47,208 bases of DNA from Trichosphaerium sp. ATCC 40318 (Eukaryota > Protista > Tubulinea): the NCBI GenBank assembly GCA_038496445.1, contig JALMLS010000366.1, forward strand, positions 1-47,208. Reading direction: 5' to 3'. Shown here piece after piece: positions 15,741 through 26,252 of the stretch. Position 1 is the first letter of the stretch, and every line of letters begins with the position of its first letter. The position numbers were made by a program, and so were the translations under genes. A model generated the notes under the pieces. That model was not told the DNA's origin, did no database searches, and was given only the letters and a program-made list of their open reading frames with translations.

Positions 15741-17705
15741 TAGTCAAACATGAAAAGTGTCCCAAAACATGTAAAGTGTCCCAAAAAAAAATGCCATGTT
15801 TTTTTTGTAATTTATTTTTTATTTTTACACTATTTAATCTAGCAGTTTAAAACTTTCGTCACACGTCATTAACACCACTGCGCATATTCTACAACGTGCG
15901 ACTTCTATATGAGCAACCATTCTCATGAGTTATAAATCGCACTTTAGCTGCGTACAATTTGATGCAATTTGGGCACACCATGTGAGTACCACAATTGATG
16001 CACCACTTCCACCCTGCGCCACCTCTCCACAACTTTAACATACATTCACGACAGGTGTAAATTTGATGGAAGTACTTTTTTTTAGCACTTTCTTCTTTTT
16101 TGTGAATTTGATTTTTTAGTTTGGATTCTGCTCTCTGCTTCTTACGACTTTCTTGCTCCTTCTTTTTTGCAACAGAGGCTGCCTTGCGCTTTTATCTGTT
16201 AACTTCTGCAGCTTCTTTTTCAAGCCTTTTTTTTTTCATCATACTCATCTTGAAAATAGACCAACCCTTCTGTGCCGAATACATCCTCCTTTCCCATATG
16301 GAAGGAAATTGTTCTTTTCTTTCTAGGAGGCATTTTTGATTCAATTACATGTTGCATTACTAGTTCAGCTTCTTCAACTTCAGGGTCACTTGGCGCAGTG
16401 GAGTTTGAACTTTTTTTACCAACATTTTTTTTTGCCCAGTCCAAAATTTTTTTACGATCATACGGCCATATACCAACACTCTCCCAAGCGCTTTTAATGA
16501 TATGAGGTAATAAGGCTTGTCTTTCTGCTTCGTAAACAATACTCAAATTAAAATATTGTTGGCTCCTAGTCACTATGGCATGCTTACTCTCTTGTGCATG
16601 CAGTTTTGTGAAAGTCTTGGCTAAGGTTGCAAATGGTTTATCATCGAGAGGTTGTTGAAAATGAGATGTATGTGCTGGCCATACCATGGTCATCACATTC
16701 TTTTCCATACATTGTAAAAGGTGTTCTTTTTTAATGTGAGGTGACAAGCGATCCAAAAATAAAATTGCTGTTCGATCTCCCTGAAAACTCGAAATTTCTT
16801 TAAGGAACACTGTCAAAATCTTCGGCTAAAATTTCATTTGTTACGTAACCATTGCAGTGATAGCAGTAGTAACACGGGCATGATGAACGAGTGTTACGTT
16901 CTTTGTGGATCATGAAATTTGCCTTTTGAGTTGGCTTTCCATTTTTTTTAGCCGCCATAATGTACACTGTGAGGAGGACCTTCCCAGTAGCTGATACAAA
17001 TGGGACCAGTGTCACATTTAAGCCTGACCTTAGTGCTATTGTACCATGATTAGTGCGCCTCCGTGCTCCCATCACATGGTGAGTAAACTTGTTATTTTTG
17101 AAAACAAAAAGTTTTTCATCAGCGTTGATCATAATTTCAGGAATGGTTGGGATTCTCTCTTGAATTTCTTCATAGGCGTCACAGAACTTTCCTGTGAGGA
17201 CTAAAGTCTTTGGTGTAACGCATTGGTAGCTTATTGGTTTTGGAGTCGTCTCAGTAAGGAAATCTGACCAACGTTTCTTGAACCCATCAAACCAACCTCG
17301 CATATCAGATTGGGGTCTTTTTTTAAACAAAACACGTGTGGTACTCCGTAGTTCTTCAAGTGATAAAGGCATATGCATCGCATCAAACGCCGTACAGTAC
17401 CCCACGAGTTTTTTTTCTTGTGTTTTCGTAAATATTAAATTTCCGTGCCCCAAATTCTCCCGTCTAAGTGCTCGGTGAACTCTCTTTTGTAGTGAATTAG
17501 GGATTACGCCGTAGATAGCAGCCACTTCCGTGCAAATTTCGTTTAATGAGCCATGTGGTTCCTCACTTTTGTTGTGGTAAATTTTTATTACGTCATTGGC
17601 AGCAAGAGTGATCTGGGAACTCTTTTCATTAGGTGCGGGCTTCATTTGTTGTTCAAAATTTTTGGGACACTTTACATGTTTTGGGACACTTTTCATGTTT
17701 GACTA
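15741..17705 (-). mobile_element. Full-length Fot/pogo-family (DD35D) DNA transposon, 1965 bp
   Basis: Perfect 47-bp inverted repeats at 15741-15787 and 17659-17705 (TAGTCAAACATGAAAAGTGTCCCAAAACATGTAAAGTGTCCCAAAAA) enclose a transposase. Confidence 0.95.
15888..17696 (-). pseudogene. Disrupted pogo/Fot transposase (HTH, DDE_1 domain, Cys-rich C-terminus)
   Basis: Catalytic INADEK, LFLD and QPLD with 35 residues between D2 and D3. Frameshifts near 16815, 16230 and 16080, plus an in-frame TAA near 16194. C-terminal CREC...CINC...CPNC...HENGC. Confidence 0.88.
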
Positions 17706-18990
17706 AATCACGTGATAAGTCTGTAAGACTACTTTAGGCTTTGGCAATCATGGATTTAATTAATCCAGAAGGTCCTTGAGGCTGAAACGTAAGCGTGATG
17801 CTGTAGGTTATGAAGAAACAAGAAAAGAATTACAGCAAGAACAATGCATGCTCCCAAAAAGTCATCCACAATTGAACCAAATATCTAGTGGTGAAACATT
17901 CTCTGTACAATTTCAGCAAGCAAATCCACCTCCTTCTTTGTTCCCACTTATAAATCCAGTACCAGAGATTTCATGGCTGGTGTAACTTATCTCTGGTGTA
18001 ATTATGTAAATAATAAAGTTTGACTATCCTTGTTAAAGCTTTAAATAACGTCCACGTGTTATTTAATACAACGCAATAGAGTGTACATTTTTCTAGCCAT
18101 AATGGAATGGTGTTAATGTTTCAGCCATAAGAGTAAGACTACAAAACCTGTAAACAATTTTTTCAACTTTTTAAAAATAGATTAAAAAGCTCAGTTATAT
18201 GAAAGTGCACACGAGTTTGGTGATTAAAAAGCGCTTTAGCGTCCCCTCGTAATTTTGCTCAATTCCGAGTTAATGAGTCCGGCAGTGCCTGGGTATTGAC
18301 AGCACGAATGATTTGAGTTATTTTGCTTATTTAATGGATTACATTGATAAAACCGTGGAATGTTAGCTTGGTATTCTGCCTTTTCCTAATCCTCTCTGTA
18401 TCCAAAAAAAAAGTTATTTTCCGAAACCCCGAATGACTCCTCATTGGCGAAATACCTTTCCTTGACACGTTTTGCTTTGTTATTCCTAATTATCCACATA
18501 TGAGTATTTTATATAATTTTGGATGAGTTACTGGATTTTTGAAGTTTGCGAGTGGAAAAATTGATTAAAACAAAACATTGAGAAGCTGTTCACTAATACG
18601 TCACTGCGTGACAGGAACTCCTTAATACCTCCAATGAACTTGATTGTAACGTGCAACAGCATACGTTACTATTCTCTGATTACATTTAATCATGAGATTA
18701 ATGAACATTAAAATATATTCTCTGAATTATGTAATGACCTTTAATAAATACGCTACTATCCTACAACTAAGGCCACGTCTCTCTTACAAGTATTCTCATC
18801 TCGTGTTCCCTTCAACGTTTCATTGATACAAAAGTGGCCTGGCAAAAACAACTTTGTAAGGAATTAAGGCAGACTATGCATTAAGCCACCGTTTTTAGAA
18901 AATAAACTAACTTCTCGCAGTATACTTGTGCTCGCAACACTTGTACGCTATTAGTACGAATATTTGACAAAAACTACCGGTGATCATACA

Positions 18991-20326
18991 ATGGAAAAGG
19001 AGAAACAACAAACACAGTTCAACCAAGTATTTGACCTTGTTGCGCTACCAATTGAGTTAATAGTCCATATTCTCAAACAAGGGACGTATACACTTCGTAC
19101 AGCCCAAACGTGCCATCTTTTACGAGATATTGTTCACAACCATGTTGGGTATGGTCGTATCTGTATTAAAAACACAAATGAAGTTCGGATGCTTTCTGGT
19201 AGCCCATTACTCCACAATACGAATATTGATTTTTTTCGATATACGCCAACAAACGACATTATTGCGGCATTGGCAGGTGTGCACACTATCAATTTGCATT
19301 GTCGTAGATCAATAACAGACAATGGCATTGTGGCGTTGGCAGGTGTACATGATATTGAGTTATCAGGTACAAATGTAACAGATGAAGGTTTGAAGGCATT
19401 GGCAGGTGTACACTATCAAATTATCTTGTTGTAAATCAATAACAGACAATGGCATTATGCCATTGGCAGGTGTACATGAGATTAATTTATCAGAAACAAA
19501 TGTAACAGATGAAGGCTTGAAGGCATTGGCAGGTGTACACACTATCAACCTACGTTTTTCTAAATCAATAACAGACAATGGCATTGTGGCGTTGGCAGGT
19601 GTACATGATATTGAGTTATCAGGTACAAATGTAACAGATGAAGGTTTGAAGGCATTGGCAGGTGTACACACTATCAACCTATCTTGTTGTGAGTCAATAA
19701 CAGACAACGGCATTGTGGCATTGGCAGGTGTACATGATATTAATTTATCAGAAACAAATGTAACAGATGAAGGTTCGAAGGCATTGGCAGGTGTACACAC
19801 AATCTCCTTGTTTTGTTGTAAGCCAATAACAGACAATGGCATTGCGGCATTGGCAGGTGTACACTCTATCAACTTGTATGGTTGTAGATCAATAACAGAC
19901 AATGGCATTGCAGCATTGGCAGGTGTACATGATATTGATTTATCATTTTCAAATGTAACAGATGAAGGTTTGAAGGCGTTGGCAGGTGTACACACTATCG
20001 ACTTGTATGCTTGTAAATCAATAACAGACAATGGCATTGCGGCATTGGCAGGTGTACATACGATTAATTTAACATTTACAAATGTAACAGATGAAGGCTT
20101 GAAGGCATTGGCAGGTGTACATACGATTAATTTATCAGATACAAATGTAACAGATGAAGGCTTGAAGGCATTGGCAGGTGTGCACTCTATCAGATTGTTT
20201 GGTTCTAAGTCAATAACAGACAATGGCATTGCGGCATTGGCAGGTGCACACACTATCTCCGCATATGGTTGTGAGTTAATAACAGACAATAGCATTGCAA
20301 GCACTGGTAGGCTCAAAAGTAAGTAG
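18991..20326 (+). pseudogene. Intronless F-box + 16 LRR protein (LAGVHxIxL repeats), split by a frameshift
   Basis: F-box-like LVALPIELIVHIL...TCHLLRDIV. A 2-nt loss in the CA run near 19411 (GTACACT vs GTACACACT in other repeats) joins ORFs 18964-19434 and 19406-20326. This could be an assembly error. Confidence 0.85.
19266..20310 (+). repeat. Coding tandem array of 63-bp and 66-bp LRR units
   Basis: Recurrent blocks GGCATTGGCAGGTGTACA, AATAACAGACAATGGCATT and AAATGTAACAGATGAAGG. Confidence 0.95.
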
Positions 20327-21170
20327 CTTGGAAATATTCAGCAAAATTATTTCATGCCATGTGCAATACGTCTAATATGTAAGCAGTTGTTGCTCTAGTA
20401 AAGTTCTATTAATCAGTAAGAAAAACTTACTATTATCTCCATTAAACACATTTGGTGCTATAGGACTAATTTTCAAAGCTGATAACATGACTTTATACAC
20501 AAAATGTATTTGCACTCAAGTATATTCCGCTTAGACATCCTTTATGGGCATTTCCAGTGTACTCTTTGTAAAAGTCTCTATTTTGTTAATTGACAAAAAC
20601 TAACACACATGACTTGTGTGCCAATGTTGGAACAAAAAAAGGAAGTTAACGTGACCATTCACCAAAGGTTTAAATAAAGCATGTTACGACTTAACAACGT
20701 GACAGACTTAGGGTCAGATGCCTCATACCATCAGTCTTTGTGTTGCTAAAGTAAACAGAACATGGAGTATAGCAGGAGTAATAACAGATGACAAAGGTTT
20801 AAAAGAACTGACTGCACATTAAATAAATACGTTTTGGAAAGCTGGGATACCATGACACTTTGCTACATTAAAATAGATTAGACACCGTATTACCATCTGT
20901 TAGCTTATAACTCATCTCCTTGAACCTCTTTTATTCCAACAATCGATCCATTTACGAACATAAGTGTGTTGCCTTTGTACAACGTATGTATAACAAAGTT
21001 GGAAGTCTAGCTAGCTAGTGAGAGCTAGTACAAGTGAAGAAGTTTTCCAAAGATCTTTCCCAAAAGGCTAGTTTACCAATAAAGTACATTTGAGTTTAAC
21101 ATCTATTGCCTGTGCTATCTGGACTGTGCCTTCTCCTCACGGAATTTTACAATGACAGATGTTTGGTTTG

Positions 21171-21975
21171 TTACAGCCAAGTGATACCCAAAGCCTCAAC
21201 ATCCGATTTTCTTATCTTTTTGCAAACACTTCGATTAAGTTTAATACTTTTGAGAGTTTTCAAACACTGAGATGTAATCTTGAGGCAATATAATAACTCC
21301 AGATACTCAAGATTTACTAAGTTCTTGAATGCTGAGTCTGTATGTAATAGCAAAATCTGAGAGCCAGATGTTTGACGTTTGTTAGTACTTTGCTTGCATC
21401 ATCTCTCAATGTTCTGCCATTCTCAATTCTCACAGTATGTATGTACATTGCCTAGTTGTTTGATACATTCACTTTGTGTACCCTCTATTCCAATGAGTTT
21501 AATATGCTTTGCGAATTCCTTTACTCCTTGAGGAGTTATATGAGTGCAACCAGAAATATTGATGGTATGTACACCTACAAGAGCCTTCAATGAAGCATCT
21601 GTTACAGAAGTGTATTCAAGTTTATATTGCTTTCTTCCTTTGGGCATTAATGCAAGTACACCTTCGTCAGTAATCCTTGTTGATGCAAGGTTTATAGTAT
21701 GCACTCCACAAAGGTGAGACAAGTCATGTTCTGATAGATGTATATAGCTGCAGTTAATATGAGTATTTTTAAGCAAAGGACTTCCTTTCAGAACATCACA
21801 CTCTGATGAATGTTTCAAGTTTATAGTTTCTGGTCCGATATTACAACGAATAATGTCGTTAAACACGTGATAAACTGTGGAAGCTTTAATACGTTGTTTT
21901 CTGGTTAAACATCTTAGAATTAGCGGGTAGATTCTGAATCGTTGTAGATAGTATTGCATCTGGTGGTAGTGACAT
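21171..21975 (-). pseudogene. Degraded F-box-LRR paralogue
   Basis: MSLPPDAIL...IQNLP, then a frameshift into LILRCL...GSPLLKNTHI...LCGVHTINLASTRITDEG...LVGVHTINISGC. A further out-of-frame LRR piece lies at 21171-21353. Confidence 0.78.
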
Positions 21976-22179
21976 TTGTTGCTTTGTACACGAGCTACTG
22001 TAAATCAAGATGAAACTTGATGTCACGTGTTTTGTTTGTATAGACTGTATTTGACTGTTTGACCTTTTAATATACGAATAGACTTTTTGTTGCTCTACAA
22101 GGATCGTAGAGTCTAACAAGGGTTCAGAATTGAGCCGAAACTTATCACGTTGGCACGTGTTTAGAATTATTGAAACAAA

Positions 22180-23019
22180 ATGGAGGAAGATTACACAGAG
22201 AGCACAAATCAGCAGACATTCGACCTTATTGTGCTACCTATTGAATTAATAGTGCATATTCTGAAACAAGGGAAGTACACGCTCCGTTCAGCCCAAACAT
22301 GCCACATTATGCGAGACATTGTTCATAACCATATTGGTTATGGTAAAATCAAAATTAAAACAGAAAATGACCTTCAAAAACTTTGTGGTAGTCCATTGCT
22401 CCAAAATACAACTATAATATTTGAGAGTGTAGTGCAAGCTAACTTTTGGCTAAACAACAGCCAAATGCATTTACTTGCAGGTGTGCGCAAGATTAATTTG
22501 GCATATACAAGGGTAACAGATGAAGGTTTGAAGGCACTGGCAGGTGTACATACTATCAACTTAAGTTGGTGTAAATCAATAACAGATGAGGGTGTCAAGG
22601 CTTTGGCTGGTGTACACAAGATTTATTTACCATTTACAGATATAACAGATGAAGGTTTGAAGGCGTTGGCAGGTGTACATACTATTAGTTTGTCACATTG
22701 CAAATTAATTACGGACAAGGGCATTTCAGCATTGACAGGAGTACATGAGATTAATTTATCAGATACAGATGTAACAGACAAGGGCATTTCAGCATTGACA
22801 GGAGTACACACTATTAATTTATCTAAAGTATATATAACAGATGAAGGTTTGAAGCCATTGGCAGGTGTACATACAATCTACTTGATAACGTTTTCAATAA
22901 CAGCTGCAGGGTTAAAGGCAATTTCAGGTGTACATACTATCTACTTGATAGCGGGAGCAATAGCAGACGACAAAGGTATAAAAGAATTGACTGGCGCACA
23001 AAAGGTAATTAGACACTAG
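22180..23019 (+). CDS. Intronless F-box-LRR protein, 279 aa, intact; close paralogue of the 18991 gene
   Basis: FDLIVLPIELIVHILKQG...GSPLL followed by about 8 LAGVHxIxL repeats and a C-cap IADDKGIKELTG. Confidence 0.9.
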   Translation: MEEDYTESTNQQTFDLIVLPIELIVHILKQGKYTLRSAQTCHIMRDIVHNHIGYGKIKIKTENDLQKLCGSPLLQNTTIIFESVVQANFWLNNSQMHLLAGVRKINLAYTRVTDEGLKALAGVHTINLSWCKSITDEGVKALAGVHKIYLPFTDITDEGLKALAGVHTISLSHCKLITDKGISALTGVHEINLSDTDVTDKGISALTGVHTINLSKVYITDEGLKPLAGVHTIYLITFSITAAGLKAISGVHTIYLIAGAIADDKGIKELTGAQKVIRH

Positions 23020-26000
23020 TTTCAGCTGTTATTATCGCCATACTGACTTGTCACATTAAATAAATATACCCTTGACATGACTCTATCCGCTGGCATAAAA
23101 CAGTTGTCTACAGCACAGATTTCAAAACAATTTATCGCAATGCTATGAATAGAGCGAATCGGATCTAAACAATCCGACTTATGAAAATTGCAAGTTTTTG
23201 CTGAGATAGAAACTGGCAAATCTTCTAATATTGTGCAGTTTGTACAAAAACGCGAACTGTACACTTGTAGTTACAGTTTGAGATTTGACAGATTTGACGA
23301 GCTCTCCCAGTAACTACTTCTGCCAGAACTGACAGTTTAGAAAAGCGCTGCAAAATGATGATAACCAGCTTTCAAAAGGTGGTTACCCAGTTTGTTTGTT
23401 GTCGTCTTACAATCTAATGTTAGTGATGTTACGAAAACGTTTGCAAACTGTAAACCAACAAAAAAATTTTTTGGAATTGTCTTTGGTAAGGCGTTGTGGT
23501 ATCACGCCCACTGCTGCCAAAGAAACTTGAACTAACCCATTCCTTGGTTGTTGCCCAAAGACAGTACAAGTGCATTTAATGTGACTGGTAAGTGGTTAAA
23601 AATGAAGTTAGAATAGCTACATTGCACTCTTCTCTCCATGTCTATTACATTACCGGTTGTAAACACGTGCAAGGCTTGAATGTTCTTGGGATGTGGACCT
23701 GCGCTTTCACTCATTTGTAAGAAATTACTGTGAGTTTCGACTCAAAAACGACTTGGACCAAATTTTTTCATTATTTGCAAAGACCGTTTGGTAACATCTA
23801 TCTAACTCATTTATTTATCACTAACACCTTCCAAGAAGTTCACTTACCATGGGCGGGTGACTTGGGTGTTGCCTTTGTATGTTGGTTCTAACCTAGGAGC
23901 TATTATAACACCTTATTACAAAAAACTGTGTCCGGCATTCTATACCCAGCATTGGCGAAAGCAAGGTGGTAAGGCAATTCTACCAACTCAAGAGAATTTC
24001 CACTTAGATTTTAGAGGCGCTTATGTTGGCCTCTGACGCTACTGTATTACTCTGCAGTGCTATAGTGTTAAATAAAAGTATAAATCGTACCAATGCCAGT
24101 TTTCACGTGCTCAAAGCGGCTATTTACATGCGTAACCACACTTGTTGAGCCACGAAAACAACCAAAGTGAGGTTTTAGCGCTCTTTTGTCAACCTAATTA
24201 TGATGGATGTCTTGCGAATGGGTAGCGATTACCTTTGTTTCTTGCAGTTTCTTACACCTCCAATGAAAATGACATATCTCCCAGAACTTGTGCGTTTGTT
24301 ATTTCTTACATTTCTTGAGTGAAAGGCAGTTCGCCTATTTGCCCTAGTTTTTTTCACACTTGCTTGCTACGGGCAATAACTTGAATGACACGGGTAATAA
24401 TGACATGAACAGAAAGTCACGTGTATGCTACAAGTCAGGGTTCGGCCTTTTAAAAGTAGCTAAACGTTACAATAGCGTTATTGTACGTCAAAGCCAGAAA
24501 CAGTTTCGCGAATCTGAGCGATGGAATTCACCTTTGTTGTTGTATCTATTAATCTACGAGTTCGTAAACTATAGCATGGGTTCTACTTTGTTCCGGTACG
24601 TATAGGATAAGACAGGGTCTACTTAATCTTAAAAATGTGAGAAACTACAGGTATTTGTCCTTGGATATTACGAACTTATGGTTTTTTTGCTACGCGCAAG
24701 TTGAACAACTTCTGAAATAAAAAATACAATACCCACAAATACTCGGGTATTGAAAAAAATGAGTTTTCTAGCCTGTAGAAGTCCAAAAAGAACTAGTCTT
24801 TGAAGTATAGTGTATTTTTATAAGTGTTGGTGCATATTAGAGAGTTGTCGGGCTTGGTTTTGGGTATTGGTTTAAAAATCAGTGAAAATAAGTCAACCAG
24901 CATTTGACTTAGGTCCTTAAGTCCTTTGATTTTATTAATCATTTTACGGAACAACCATCACCCACACATAGGTAAACATCTAATTACTTCGATTAATACA
25001 CTACCCGTGGCCTGGCACTCAATTTTTCGTAGGCTGACGACATAGTTAAGTCCCAAAACCAAAACCCAAAAAAGAATTAAAACAATGGGAAGTATTTTTG
25101 TATGTTCAAGTGTCGCTGAAGCCAATGTCGGATACATGAATTGTGGTCTATGTAAATGCTGTCTTTGCTTGGATATGAAAATAGTAGACAAGAACATAAA
25201 GGCTTTTGTTTGTTGTACAACAAAACCAGTACAACCTGTTTTAGAGGGTAAAATAAGAAACGCTTATAAATAATACACTAAGCGCCAACCTTTTTGGAAG
25301 CACGGCGCCAGTCGATTCAAAGTTGTAAAAAGTTAATAAAGTAGAACTTTCTAGTGAGTATCATTTGGCGGTCTGTTTGTCCGGTTTAGCTATTTAACAA
25401 AAAAGAGTTAAAGACTTAAATGACTTCTAGTAGCTTGAAATTTTTTCTGTTTTCATTGCAGAACCTGTTCCAGAAGAGACGCCTAAAGTTTACATAGGTG
25501 CTCACATGATTTGCTTGCATTCATACACATGCTGCTAAAATACAAAGTAACAAGTACCAATCTATAGTTGGTACAATATTGTCCGTTTCAGTCAAGTTAG
25601 TCAACTAGTTATTTCGTCATTTGTTTTTTCTCGTAAAAAGTGCTCCAACACAAATCAAGTGCTCACATAGCAAAAAATAACTGGTGAAACGGACAATATT
25701 AGATAGAAAAATACAAAAATGAAGTAGAACATTGTTTTCTATCTTTACAAATTAGGTCAATTTTTGATGTACTTTTGGAGTCATTAAAGTCGACTTAAGC
25801 AAAGTCATTTAGGTTGTCAAAAACTGGATAGAGCTAACTCACTAAAAGACGAAGACTGCAACTTTCCTGTCATACACGCCTAACGCCAGCATTGCGAACT
25901 TGTCAGTGTATATAGTATTTCTTCATAATTTTAATCGGATTGATCCTACACGCTACATTGTCTGGTGTGATATACAAACTCTGTTCAATCGAACATTTTA

Positions 26001-26252
26001 TCGCTAAAGCTTGTATTTCAGAAAGCCATTCGCTATGGCTGTAGCTCTACAATATCCAAAATTGTGAATTGTAAATAGCGGTACTTAGTTCTTGCAAGAT
26101 CTTACACTTCTGCCAAACACCTGTAGCAAACTTGAATGATACGGACAATATGTCTATATCCTATGTATAATTTGTTGCTGAGGTTCTTAGCAGTTAAGCC
26201 GGACCACGACCTCTAACCACATATTGGTCTGCCGCGCTGTACATGCGTAACA

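Noticed and set aside
16121-17478. Plus-strand ORFs inside the transposon
   Set aside because: Antisense to the transposase, with no independent coding signal.
17750-18500. Protein-like fragments right of the transposon
   Set aside because: Multiple stops in all frames and no identifiable family.
19266-20310. CRISPR-like look (constant repeat with variable spacer)
   Set aside because: The units are in-frame coding LRRs in a eukaryotic gene, the variable parts are homologous to each other, and there are no cas genes.
19266-20310. DGR-style adenine mutagenesis (many variable codons are NNT/NNC)
   Set aside because: No reverse transcriptase or template repeat is present in the window, the many adenines in the scaffold are unmutated, and some variants change non-A positions.
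19363-20316. 317-aa minus-strand ORF, plus smaller antisense ORFs at 19134-19328 and 22374-22811
   Set aside because: Antisense shadow of the LRR repeat. A stop-free unit repeated in frame stays open on the other strand.
23354-23430. ATGATGA resembling a snoRNA C box
   Set aside because: No matching D box (CTGA) or terminal stem at a suitable distance.
23022-25300. Short ORFs, including an FNIP-like NHLPVTLNALVL snippet (23532-23714) and a Cys-rich 62-aa ORF (25085-25273)
   Set aside because: Too short and stop-ridden to assign; probably decayed coding debris.
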